From an uncultured Planctomycetaceae bacterium (GTDB lineage Bacteria > Planctomycetota > Planctomycetia > Planctomycetales > Planctomycetaceae), in assembly GCA_963815195.1 (NCBI GenBank), contig CAWFGE010000012.1, positions 768,001 through 832,000 of the forward strand: a DNA stretch of 64,000 bases. The letters are read 5' to 3'. Below the pieces are notes generated by a model. It was not told the DNA's origin and made no database searches. It saw nothing but the letters and a program-made list of their open reading frames with translations. Made by a program: the position numbers and the translations under genes. This document shows, piece by piece, positions 1 to 10,577 of this stretch. Within the stretch, counting starts at the first letter, position 1. The number at the start of each line of letters is the position of its first letter.

Positions 1-469
1 CGAGAGCACAAACCCGCCCTTGCCGTATTGGCTGGCATGGCAGGCCCCCATGTTGCAACCGGCCCGACTGAGCACCGGCGTGATTTGATCTTCAAATCCG
101 ATCACAGGCGTCTCACTCACGCCCGCCACAGTCACCGGCACCGTCAAAGTTTGCCTGCCCGCTTTCACGGTCACCGTCGCTTCGCCATTGTTCCCCGCGA
201 GCAACTGCCCGGCTGGGCTGACCGTGACGATTTTCGGATCCGAAGATTCATAACTCGCCGCATGCGTCAAATCCTTCGCCCGCTCGATGTGCTTCCTTCG
301 CCGATCTGCCGCGCGACCAACTGCGCCGGGCAAAGTTCCCGTCAAGCTTCACGCCAGCCGGCAACACTTCGACGGCCTCCGCCGCGCGGGCTGGTGCCGT
401 TGCGAAACCGAAGAACGTCAGAGATGCGATCAACGAAGCAACAAGGCGAGCGTGGAGCGTCAGCCCCAT
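1..469 (-). CDS. DUF1549/DUF1553 planctomycete protein with N-terminal Ig-like region (5' part; runs off the window edge; frameshift ~310)
   Basis: Signal peptide MGLTLHARLVASLIASLTFFGFATAPARA; after a frame change it reads ...ITPVLSRAGCNMGACHASQYGKGGFVLS, the typical GCNxGACH..GKGGF motif of this family. Confidence 0.7.
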
Positions 470-1867
470 GATGTTCCGGGAACGTGCGAACATGAGAAAT
501 CGCTCCGGGGATGAGCGGAGGGATGTTCGAGGGAGATCGGATTGGGAAAAATTGCAGATCGATTAAACAAACGCGAAACGATTTTCCGGCGGGATGGTTT
601 TGCAATGGAAAGCTGTAAAGCGTTTCTCAATCATCGGACGGGGTTGTGAGATGCTTTGAATGAGTTGGCAAACTTCCATCAATTTTCTGCGCGGTCACCG
701 AATCAAGACTGCATGACCAATCCGACACACCGACCGCAATTCGCTCGACGGGATCAGGCACCAGATATTGCGACACCAATTTCGGAGAGCGTGAAGATGA
801 TGATGAACATGCGATATAGCCTTCAGCTACGGACCGTAAGCCTCACCGCATAAGTAAAGCGGCAGATGCGACATTTCGTTCCAAGTCTTTTTTATGCTTC
901 ATGCACGGACTTCGAATTGCGTTCGAGGCAATGATCGAGATTAACCAACTCGCACCATGAAGTACTGAAGTGGGTTTTCAACGCGTAGGCACCGAAGGAA
1001 AGAGCAACTGCCTTCTTCGATCAGTTGTTCCACCACTTCGTGCTACGGCACGAGCTTGCACAGCGCTCCACTATGAGATTCGTACTTATGTGTCGTCTAA
1101 GCTCGAATTCGAATATCGACCACGGATCATCTGAAAGGTTGAGGAAACCAATTCGATCATTAATGCGGGATTGGTGGTCGAAGCCGTCATCCTCTGGCGA
1201 CATAATACATGATAGCATCCTATCCCGTTTCGCCTGTTTCACTGACGCAACGACGCTCCGAGCGAGAATTCCCGTACATCAGTAGGACATCACTCGACAA
1301 AAATCCAAACAATGTTGCCGATACTAGGGATTCCACGGATTCATTGGTCGAGAACGCCATCAAGGGGTATCACTGTCCCGAGACTCAGCGAATCTGCTCG
1401 GTGTTGTAGAAGTACATCATCCAAATGTCTGGGGGACGTTTTCCCGCCATAACAGATCGGATCACTTCTTCTGGACAACGAGACCGAAATCAAACCCATA
1501 AAAACCTATTATTGCGTCAACCGCCCGCCGATGCTATCTCTATGGTCCTCGGATTTTTTGAATCCCGGGAAGCCGGCAAATCCCCCAGACGACGTATTCT
1601 TGAGTATTGATTTGTTTGGGCATTGTGCTAAGCTATTTGATTGTCATAACCCGAAGCCTTCGCCGCCCGCATCGTTGATTCGCCCGACGCGCAAAAAATT
1701 GCGCGAGCTGGCGAATCTGAGCGGAAAGGCGCTAGCCTCCGGCCTTTTCGATGGGGATGGCGATATTTTAAGGCCGGCGGCTAGCGCCGTGCCGCTCAAA
1801 ACCCACCACACCTGCCTCCACTCATCCCGCCGCCCGCCTCTCCCGAGGCGTTTTTGGAGCGTTTCTC

Positions 1868-3193
1868 ATGTTGAACTTTTGGCCGCAGTTGGACCGGACT
1901 TGTGAAGGAGTTTCCCGCCGCAGCTTTCCTGCAGGTCGGGGCGCTGGGCGGTTTGGGATTGGCTTTGCCGCAGCTTCTGGCCGCGCGGAAATTGCAGGCG
2001 GCTCCCTGCGCCGAGCACCGTCACGAACTGCATTCTGATCTGGACCCGCGGCGGCACGAGCCATCACGACACCTTCGACCCGAAGCCCGAAGCCCCCGCG
2101 AGCGTCAAGGGCGAGTTCGGCGTGATCGACACCGCCATCCCCGGCGTGCAGTTCACCGACATCGTCCCCAACATGGCCCGCGAACTCGGGCGGTATGCCC
2201 TCCTCCGCGGCTGGAATCCCAAAAACGGCAGCCACGGCTCGGCCGACCAGTGGGTCATGTCCGGCCGGCGGTTTAACCCCGCGGTCGCCTATCCAACTTA
2301 TGGGTCGGTGGTCAGTTATTACCACGGCTTCAAATCCGCGATGCCGCCCTTTGTGCAGTTGGGCGACAACGTCGATAACCGCTTCGGCGGCGGCACGTCC
2401 GGCGTGTTGGGCTTGGAGCACAATCCCTTCGCGATGCTCGCCGACCCCAACGCGAAAAACTTCAGCGTGCGGGACATCACGCCGCCTAAAGGCATCTCGA
2501 TGGACCGCGTGGACCGCCGGCGAAAGATGCTCTCTGTGATCGACGACTTGCAGCGGGAAACCGATCTCCAGCCCGCGGCGTTTGAGGCCCTCGACGAGCA
2601 TTACAAAGCCGCCCTCAACATGATCACCGCTCCGGAAACGAAAAAGGCCTTTCGAAATCGACTCCGAAGATCCCCAGCTCAGAGGCCGCTACGGCCGGCA
2701 CCGCTTCGGGCAAAGCTGTTTGCTCGCCCGGCGGCTGATCCAAGCCGGCGTACGGTTCGTCACCGTGACCGACGGCGGTTGGGACACGCACGCGAACAAT
2801 TTCAAATCCCTCAAAAGCAGCCGAATTCCGCCGGTCGATCAAGCCCTGCCGCAGCTGTTGATCGATCTGGAGCAGCAAGGCATGTTGGAGAGCACGCTGG
2901 TTCTGTGGCTGACCGACTTCGGCCGCACGCCGAAGATCAACTCCGCCAGCGGCCGGGACCACTGGGCGAGTGCCGGGTTTGCGATTATGGCCGGCGCGGG
3001 CATCCCCGGGGGCGCGGTGTTGGGCGAGACCGACGAAGAAGGCGGCCGGCCGATCCGTAACGAATACTTCAGCGAAGACATCGCCGCGACGGTTTACAAG
3101 AAGCTGGGCATCCCGACCGACCTTGTCGTCCAATCCCCCGACGGCCGCCCCGTCCGCCTCATCGAAGGCCACCCGATCCGCGAATGGACGTAA
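1868..3193 (+). CDS. DUF1501 domain protein (Tat signal), split by ~3 frameshifts
   Basis: SRRSFLQVGALG Tat motif, CILIWTRGGTSHHDTFDPKP, GGWDTH, DFGRTPKIN...GRDHW; pieces in ORFs 1902, 2122 and 2720. Confidence 0.85.
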
Positions 3194-3359
3194 CACGCAG
3201 AGGCCGGGGATCGGAGGCCAGAACTTGCAGGGTGCGTCGCTCGCATTATCGGAACGGCCACCCAAGGGGCAAAACCCAAGAATTGACAAGCATTTCGTCT
3301 CGAACTACCTTAGCGGGATTGGAAAAGCGGGTTTTTAGCCCTGTCAGATGGGTGGTTCG

Positions 3360-4088
3360 ATGTCGGACGTTTTTGAGGCCGCGGACGAGCTCACGGTCCA
3401 GGATAAGCTCGAGCAATGCGAGGCGATGCTGCAGCATCGGTTTGTCGATCGCGAGCTGCTGGAAACGTGCCTGACCCACGCCTCCGTAGCCAAGACGCGT
3501 TTGCACTCCAACGAACGCCTGGAGTTTCTGGGGGACGCGATTCTGGGAGCCATCGTCTGCGAGATGCTGTTTCATCGCTTCCCCGAGGCGACCGAGGGCG
3601 AACTCACGCGGATCAAATCGTCGCTCGTCAGCCGCAACACATGCGCGGCCATCACGAAGGAACAGGGACTCGACCGCTCGCTGATCTTGGGAAAAGGCCT
3701 GAGCATGCACCACGAGATTCCCTCATCGATCATGGCGGGCGTGATCGAGGCCTTGGTCGCGGGCGTGTATTTCGACGGCGGCATGGAAGCCTGCCGGCGG
3801 CTCGTGGAGCGGTTGTTTTCCACGCGGATCGAGCAAACCACCCACTTCGACCGCACCCGCAACTTCAAAAGCCAGCTCCAACAGCTTTCCCAAAAATCCT
3901 TCGGCGAGACCCCCATCTACCAGGTCCTGGACGAAAAAGGCCCGGACCATTCCAAGTGCTTCCAGATCTCGGCGGTCATCGGCCCGCAGACGTTCCCCGC
4001 GGCGTGGGGCACGAGCAAAAAAGAAGCCGAGCAACGCGCGGCCTGCAACGCCCTCGAAGAGATCCAACGCAAACAGGCCGGGAATTAA
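3360..4088 (+). CDS. rnc: Ribonuclease III
   Basis: [13 protein letters not shown] signature plus C-terminal dsRBD (NFKSQLQQ...GPDH...[10 protein letters not shown]). Confidence 0.97.
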   Translation: MSDVFEAADELTVQDKLEQCEAMLQHRFVDRELLETCLTHASVAKTRLHSNERLEFLGDAILGAIVCEMLFHRFPEATEGELTRIKSSLVSRNTCAAITKEQGLDRSLILGKGLSMHHEIPSSIMAGVIEALVAGVYFDGGMEACRRLVERLFSTRIEQTTHFDRTRNFKSQLQQLSQKSFGETPIYQVLDEKGPDHSKCFQISAVIGPQTFPAAWGTSKKEAEQRAACNALEEIQRKQAGN

Positions 4089-4110
4089 ACCGCCCCATCG
4101 TTGGCATTTT

Positions 4111-4192
4111 TGTGAGCGGCTGGGCGCTCGCCGCCGGCCTGTGAGCCGCTCAAAAAAAAGAAGCGGCCGGAATCTTCCAGCCGCTTCCTTTG
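4111..4192. terminator. Hairpins between the convergent rnc and histone-like genes (probable bidirectional terminator)
   Basis: tgagcggct...agccgctca followed by an A8 run, then a gaagcggc...gccgcttc stem. Confidence 0.55.
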
Positions 4193-4238
4193 GATTGGAT
4201 TTTTGGTCGGTCAACGGGGACGAAAACGCCTGGGAAGG

Positions 4239-4433
4239 CTACTTTTTCGTTCCCGTCTTTTTGGCCGATTTCTTTTTAGCGGCCTTTTTCTTTTTAGCGG
4301 CTTTCTTTTTGGGAGCCGCTTTCTTCTTGGCGGCGGCTTTCTTTTTGGGAGCCGCCTTCTTCTTGGCCGCCTTCTTCTTGGGGGCGGCTTTCTTCTTCGT
4401 TGCGGTTTTCTTGGTTGCTTTTTTCTTGGCCAA
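4239..4433 (-). CDS. Small Lys/Ala-rich histone H1-like DNA-binding protein (~64 aa)
   Basis: TTG start with GGAGGT RBS (4441-4446); AKKKATKKTATKKKAAPKKKAAKKK... repeats. Confidence 0.8.
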   Translation of the reverse strand: MAKKKATKKTATKKKAAPKKKAAKKKAAPKKKAAAKKKAAPKKKAAKKKKAAKKKSAKKTGTKK

Positions 4434-4972
4434 CGTAAGTACCTCCGAATGGAAACAAACGTGTGACCGTTCTTGCCGCTGAGCTACCGGGCTAATCAAG
4501 GCAAGGATCAGTCACCACACAAAACTCATCGAATCCGTTCAACGCTCTCCTTTGGAAGTCGTGTTTTGAGGAACGAATCCCTCGCCGCTCAAGCGGAAAT
4601 TGTGTCGGCCGATTTGGCCGGCTTGCTGGGTGAAGAGAAGGCAGGCAAACCAATCCGCATTGCCGTTTCCTTTCCCTCATTCCAACACACCGAATTTAAC
4701 CAAAACAAAAACCAAAACACAACATCCAAACAACTTCCATTAAATGAGAGTGATACTAAGTGCTTTCTTAAAATGTGCAAGACTTTTCTTATGAGTTTGA
4801 CGAACGAAACAACACGCCGAACCGCGCCGATCCTGCCGAAGAGAACGGCGGCCTCGCGCGCTGCGCGAAGCCGGCGAATGCGCCTTCGATCTTTTCGTCA
4901 AAGGATGGGAAATCAAAACGTTGATTTTCGCCTGGAAAATAAGGCATTTTTTTTGCCGCAAAAGCGAAGCCG

Positions 4973-5926
4973 TCAAAATGCCATGCCACGCGCTCTCGTC
5001 ATCATCGCATGAAGCGCATCGTTGAAAGACTGCGCGTTGGGGCGAAAAACTTTTTTCAAATTCTTTGCCAAATTTTTTTTCAGGCAGCGTTCAACCGACC
5101 CGTTCGCGCGGCTTTCGAGCGCGTCTTGCATGTTCGCGAAACTTTCTTTGGCGATCACTTCCGCCCCCGGCGAGTAATCGAAGACTTCCACCGACACCCA
5201 TCCCGCATACCCCGAACGGAGCAGCGCTTCGAAGATCGGCACGAAGTCCGTCTCGCCCATCCCCGGCCCCAACAGGTTCGTGTCGTTGACGTGGAAGTGG
5301 CCCGTCACGTCTTTGAAGCGGTCGATCAACACCGGGATCGGCTCCGCTTCCGCGCCGAGCATGGCTTTCACGTCCTGGTGCAAACAGAAGTTCGGCTCGC
5401 CGACCATCTCGATCAGCTCCACCGCCTCCGCGCACGTGTTGACGAAATCCGTTTCCTTAGGCGTCAACGGCTCCATGCAAATCTTGACGCCGCGGTCGGC
5501 GATCTTCGGAAGCGCGGCGCGGAACACCTCCGCCGCGTTCGCGTAGGCGGCTTCGCGGCTCAGACCCGGTTCCAGATTCCGCTGAAACGGCGAGCCGAAA
5601 ACCATCAAATCCCCGCCCAGGTCGGCACAGGCTTCCCCAAGCTCCACGAGGTAATCCGCCGTCGCCTTCCGCACCGGGGCATCGGCCGTGGTCAGATGCA
5701 GCCCCTCCGTCTTCGCGAGCAGCCAATGCAAACCGAGGATCGACAGCCCAAAATCGGCCGCCTGCTTCCGCATCGTCTCGCGAACGTCTTTCGGAACCTG
5801 CCCGATCCGCTCGGCCAGCATGAAGGGGGCGACCTCGATCCCGGTGTAGCCGGTCTCCGCGATAAACCGGCACTGCCGCTCCCAATCCCAATCGCCAAAT
5901 AGCTCGTGACAAATCGCAAATCTCAT
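4973..5926 (-). CDS. Sugar phosphate isomerase/epimerase (D-tagatose 3-epimerase-like TIM barrel)
   Basis: MRFAICHE, GYTGIEVAPF, MEPL, DVKAM, HFHVND, GPGMG, SVEVF motifs; C-terminal end uncertain. Confidence 0.9.
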   Translation of the reverse strand: MRFAICHELFGDWDWERQCRFIAETGYTGIEVAPFMLAERIGQVPKDVRETMRKQAADFGLSILGLHWLLAKTEGLHLTTADAPVRKATADYLVELGEACADLGGDLMVFGSPFQRNLEPGLSREAAYANAAEVFRAALPKIADRGVKICMEPLTPKETDFVNTCAEAVELIEMVGEPNFCLHQDVKAMLGAEAEPIPVLIDRFKDVTGHFHVNDTNLLGPGMGETDFVPIFEALLRSGYAGWVSVEVFDYSPGAEVIAKESFANMQDALESRANGSVERCLKKNLAKNLKKVFRPNAQSFNDALHAMMTRARGMAF

Positions 5927-5974
5927 CGGGACGAATCTCCTCGGAAAAATCACCACGAAAAAGGGGGAAGGTTT

Positions 5975-6093
5975 AACCACGAATCACACGAATCACACGA
6001 ATAAAATCCTCTGCTAACGGGCCGGATTGGTCTTTGGTGGCGTTGGAATCTCATTTTGCCTGCTTTATTCGTGTGATTCGTGTGATTCGTGGT
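5975..6093. repeat. Inverted pair of nonamer tandem repeats (accacgaatcacacgaatcacacgaat) downstream of the GxxExxY gene
   Basis: 5975-6002 and its reverse complement at 6067-6093. Confidence 0.9.
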
Positions 6094-6106
6094 GCTCGCA
6101 TCCGGT

Positions 6107-6484
6107 TCAGCGGACGATGCGTTGATATTCCAGTTTTGGGAAGTGGCCGAAATTGACCAGCCGACCGAGCTTGTGCCCGGTTGCTTTCAGATAATTGTGC
6201 ACCTGGGCTTGATGCTCCTCGACGAGTTGCTTCACCGCTTTTATTTCGAGCACGATGCTTCCGAAGCACACGAAATCGGGAATGAGTTTCTGCTTTAGCG
6301 GTTGTCCTTTGTACCGAAGCTCCAAGTTGACCTGGGATTGGAAGGCGATGGCTCGGCTGGACAGTTCCCGTTCCAGGCATTCGTGATAGACGGATTCGAG
6401 AAATCCGCAGCCCCTCTCGTTGTAGACCTCAAAACACGCTCCGACGATCTCGTAACTTTCCTGCTTGAAAATGATTTCGGACAT
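6107..6484 (-). CDS. GxxExxY protein (PD-(D/E)XK nuclease-like)
   Basis: GCGFLESVYHECL, PDFVC...IVLEIKAV, QVHNYLKATG, LVNFG. Confidence 0.93.
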   Translation of the reverse strand: MSEIIFKQESYEIVGACFEVYNERGCGFLESVYHECLERELSSRAIAFQSQVNLELRYKGQPLKQKLIPDFVCFGSIVLEIKAVKQLVEEHQAQVHNYLKATGHKLGRLVNFGHFPKLEYQRIVR

Positions 6485-6500
6485 GAGGGCGGCCCTTTCG

Positions 6501-6537
6501 ATTCGTGTCATTCGTGTCATTCGTGTGCTTCGTGGTT
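6501..6537 (-). repeat. Nonamer tandem repeat arm upstream of the GxxExxY gene
   Basis: attcgtgtcattcgtgtcattcgtgtgcttcgtggtt, same family as 5975-6093. Confidence 0.9.
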
Positions 6538-6840
6538 CTCCTCCTCCCCGTGCGAAGCCGCCGGGTGGGCGGGAGGCAACGGTTGTTTGGGGCGTTCCGA
6601 GGATAGCATTTCGCGCGGCTTGGTGCATCCGCCGGGCCGGGGACGGTTGGGTGCTGCGGGATGTAAGAGTCCCGCAACGCGCGGACGGAAATCCGGTCGG
6701 TGAACATGGGAAAACGCGGAAGGCTGGTCGAGTGGGGCAAACCTTCTTGACGACGTAAGAAAGGACGGGCAAGTCCTCGGACGGGCCGGCGTCTCGATGT
6801 CCTCAATCATCCGGTTGAACGCTTTTAGGGAAGCTTACTC

Positions 6841-8145
6841 ATGAAACATCTATGGATACCGGTCGCGGCCGCCGTCTTCTGGGCGTCCGCGGCGGTTCAC
6901 AAGGCCGAAGCCGGCGGATACTGCGGCGCGGCCAGCTACGAATGTTGCCCCAAGGAGGCCTGCGCGACCACCGGCAACTATTGCGCCGCGAAGACCAGCT
7001 GCGCCCCGTGCTACAAGACCGTGCAGGAAACGGTCTGGGAACAGCAGCCTTACACCTGCTGCAAGACCGTCTACGACACGGTCACGGAAAAAATCCCCTG
7101 CCCGGTGACGAAAAACGTCTACGAAACCCACTACCGCAACGAGTGCTACACCGTGTGCAAGCCGGTGTATCAAACGCATTACCGCTGCGTGAATCAAACG
7201 ATCTGCAAGCCGATCTACAACACCTGCTACCGCTGCGTGACCTGCCAGGTGCGAAGGCCCTGCTACAAAACCTGCTTCCGCAACGTGACCTGCACGATCT
7301 CTAAGCCGATCTACAACACGACCTACCGCTGCGTGACCTGCGAGGTCTGCCGGCCGGTGTACGAGAAATGCTACCGCAACGTGTGCTGCACGGTGTGGAA
7401 GACCGAAACCGAAACGCATTACCGCGATCATTGCTACACGATCTGCAAGCCCGTCACCGAAACCAAATGCGTCGACGTCCAGTGCGGCGAGTGGAAGACC
7501 GTGACCGAGCAGGTCCCCGTGTGCAACCCCTGCGGATCGGCGTGCGGCTCTTCGCCTTGCACAAAAACCATCTGCCGGAAGGTCTGGTGCCCGAAGGTCG
7601 AAAAGCGGCAGGTCTGCTGCGTCCGCTACGTACCTGAAGTCAAGCAGTGCAAAATCCCGGTGACGATCTGCCGGAAGGTGCCCTGCACGGTCAATCGGCG
7701 GATCTGCCACACGAAATGCCGGATGGTCAAAGAATGCGTGACCCGACGCATCCCGCACACCTCCGTCTGCTATCAAAAGCAGTGCATCACGAAACAGGTG
7801 CCTTACCGCACCTGCACGTGGACGACCGAATGCGTCACGAAGAAGATCCCCTACACCACCGTCTGCTATCAAAAGCAGTGCATCACCCGGAAGATTCCTT
7901 ACCGGACGTGCAGCTACGTGAAGCAAACTTGCACCCGCAAAGTGCCCTACACGACCTGCAAGAAAGTCTGCTGCATGAGCTACCGCACCTGCGTCAAGCA
8001 CATTCCCCGCAAAGTGAGCTACACCGCCTACCGCTGCGTGCCCCGCACGGTCTGCCGGCAGGTTCCGGTGTGCGGCGGCTGCACGACGACCTGCGAACCC
8101 TGCTGCGAAGACAAGAAGTGCTGCTTGAAGAAACTCTTCAATTAG
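6841..8145 (+). CDS. Secreted Cys-rich YTV-repeat protein (planctomycete envelope protein)
   Basis: Signal peptide; ~65 Cys in 434 aa by hand count; 16-aa repeats YTVCKPVYQTHYR.. and VPYTTC.. Confidence 0.85.
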   Translation: MKHLWIPVAAAVFWASAAVHKAEAGGYCGAASYECCPKEACATTGNYCAAKTSCAPCYKTVQETVWEQQPYTCCKTVYDTVTEKIPCPVTKNVYETHYRNECYTVCKPVYQTHYRCVNQTICKPIYNTCYRCVTCQVRRPCYKTCFRNVTCTISKPIYNTTYRCVTCEVCRPVYEKCYRNVCCTVWKTETETHYRDHCYTICKPVTETKCVDVQCGEWKTVTEQVPVCNPCGSACGSSPCTKTICRKVWCPKVEKRQVCCVRYVPEVKQCKIPVTICRKVPCTVNRRICHTKCRMVKECVTRRIPHTSVCYQKQCITKQVPYRTCTWTTECVTKKIPYTTVCYQKQCITRKIPYRTCSYVKQTCTRKVPYTTCKKVCCMSYRTCVKHIPRKVSYTAYRCVPRTVCRQVPVCGGCTTTCEPCCEDKKCCLKKLFN

Positions 8146-8154
8146 CGGGAGCGT

Positions 8155-8187
8155 CCTCGAGGCCCCGCACGACGCGGGCCTCGAGGC
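8155..8187 (+). terminator. GC-rich hairpin after the YTV gene
   Basis: cctcgaggccccgc...gcgggcctcgagg stem; no clear U-tract. Confidence 0.4.
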
Positions 8188-8472
8188 CTCCCCTCGAATC
8201 TCAGTTCTCCCCGCTCCGGGGGCGATTCCCAAGAATCGCCCCCGTTTTGATTTTTGGGTTCCGAGAACGGAAACGAAACCTTCAAGAACGTTGCTTCCCT
8301 CGCGGGAGATGGGTACAGTGGGATTACGCATCAAAGAACGCCGGCGCGAGACGGTCCCGCAATTTATTCGGGAACATGTAACCAAACGTTTCCGCCGATC
8401 AATCTTTCCATAGAACCACCGGCCACTCGCCGGCCCCCCGACGATTTCCTACCCCCGTTTCGAGGCATCACC

Positions 8473-10099
8473 ATGCTGCCTGCTTGCCCCCGTTTGGTGA
8501 TTTTCGTTCTGACGGCTATGGTTTCTCTGGCCCCCGCGATCGGCCGATCCGCGGAGCCGCTGCGGGATGTGATCGATCGGCAAATCGCCGCCGCGTGGAA
8601 AGCCCAGAACATCACCCCGGCCGAACGGTGTTCCGATGCGGAGTTCCTCCGGCGGGTGTCCCTCGATTTGCTGGGGGTGATCCCCACGTATGAGGAAGCG
8701 CTCGCATTTCTCGACGATGCCAGCCCCGACAAGCGGGCGAAGTGGATTGACAAACTCCTCGAGCATCCGCGGTTCGGGCTGCACCAGGCGGATGTGTGGG
8801 ACATGGTTTACTTCGGCCGGAATCCGCCGGGCTATAACACCGACAAGCGCGAAGGGTTTCAAACCTGGCTCGCGGAGCAGTTTCAGAAAAACACGCCCTA
8901 TAACGTTTGGGTCCGGGAGATTTTGAAGGCGGAGGGGAACACCGTCGAGAACGGGGCTCCGATGTTCTTCGTGCAGTACCGCAATCAGCCGGAGGATGCG
9001 ACCGAAGCCGTGACGCAGAAGTTTCTGGGCGTGCAACTCCAATGCGCCCGCTGCCACGACCATCCCTTCGATGATTGGAAGCAGACCGACTTTTACGGCG
9101 TGGCCGCGTTCTTCGCCCGGCTGGATGTCGTCGATGTGGGCAACAAGAACAAACAAAAAGCCTACGCCATCGGCGAGAAGAATTTCGGGGATGTGCTCTT
9201 CACAGGCCCGGCCATCGAACAGCAGCCGGGCCAAAAAGGCAAACCCATCGCCCCGAAATTCTTAGGCGGCGGCCCGCTCGAAGAACCCGCGCCGCCCAAG
9301 GATCTCAAAGACCCCCGCAACTTCCCCAACGGCAAAATGCCGCCTGCTCCCTATTTCTCCCGCAAAAACGCTCTCGCGGATTGGATCACCGATCCCCAAA
9401 ACCCCTACTTCGCGCGGGCGGCGGTCAATCGCATGTGGGGGCAGTTTTTAGGGAAGGGGATCGTCAATCCCATCGATAACCTCAGCCCCAACAATCCGCC
9501 CAGCCATCCGGAATTGCTCAATGAACTGACGAAATCGTTCGTGGATTCCGGGTTCGATGTGAAGGCCTTGCTTCGGGAGATCTTGAACAGCCAGACCTAT
9601 CAACTGAGTTCCGCCGGGAGCGTCGCGGAGGCCAAGCCGCTGTGGTACGAACAAGCCCGCTATCGGCCGTTATCGGCGGAGGAATTGTTTGAATCGTGGC
9701 TGGTCGCGGCCGGCTTTCCGGAAGAACGCAAACCCGAAGAGCGGTTCCGCGTGCGGGGCTTTACTTGGGACTACCTGCGAAACGCCTTCGGCCGGCCCAA
9801 CGACGGCATGGGCAATTTCCAAGGCGGCCTCGGGGAGCATCTCTATCTCAACAACGGCCAGGTGCACCAGTTGATTTCCGAAAAGCCCGGCAGCTTGTAC
9901 CACGCGTTGGAATCCTCCCAAGACCCCTGGGAGAATCGCGTCGAACGTTTGTTCGTCCAGGTCCTCTCCCGCCGACCCAGCGCCGGCCGAGACCGAAAAA
10001 TTCACCGCCCATCTCTCCGAAAAAGACGACCCCCGCGGCCGACTGCACGAAGCCATCTGGACGCTGATGACCTGCAGCGAGTTCCGGTTCAATCATTGA
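8473..10099 (+). CDS. DUF1549/DUF1553 (PSCyt2/PSD1) protein; frameshift ~9985
   Basis: DAEFLRRVSLDLLG, QLQCARCHDHPFD, NPYFARAAVNRMW; the shifted frame ends ...IWTLMTCSEFRFNH*. Confidence 0.92.
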
Positions 10100-10108
10100 G
10101 GGAAGGAG

Positions 10109-10543
10109 AACCACGAAACACACGAACGACACGAAAAAAACAAATTCAGTCGTTCCAAAAAACCGCTGAGCCGCGCACGAAGTAAGCGGTATTGCGACTT
10201 CTGAAATCTTGAAACCCGCTTACTTCGTGCGCGGCTCAAGAAAATCAAAACCATTTTCCGAACTTTTTGGAACTACTGAAATTCCAATTGTCTGTTGCCT
10301 TCTCCGTGTCCTCCGCGTCTCCGTGAAAAAAACATTTTGAACCGGCATTATGAATTGACGGGATGGCCTTTTTAGCCCTCGTTCCCAAGCGCCAGCTTGG
10401 GAACGCACTCTTGCGAAGCTCCGCTTCGCAACGAGCGGAAACATGAATCAGAACCACGGATAGCACGGATCAGGTTTGGAACATTGGGATTTTGAGTTTA
10501 TTTGAGATTTGTTTCGGATTTCGAGATTCGGATTTCGGATTTT
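10109..10543. repeat. Intergenic mosaic of at least four short repeat families
   Basis: Nonamer arms (10109-10137, 10302-10326, 10452-10470), REP pair 10168-10237, palindrome 10378-10430, heptamer arm 10475-10543. Confidence 0.85.
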
Positions 10544-10577
10544 CGACGCCCCTTAAGAAATCAAATGGGAGCACAGC

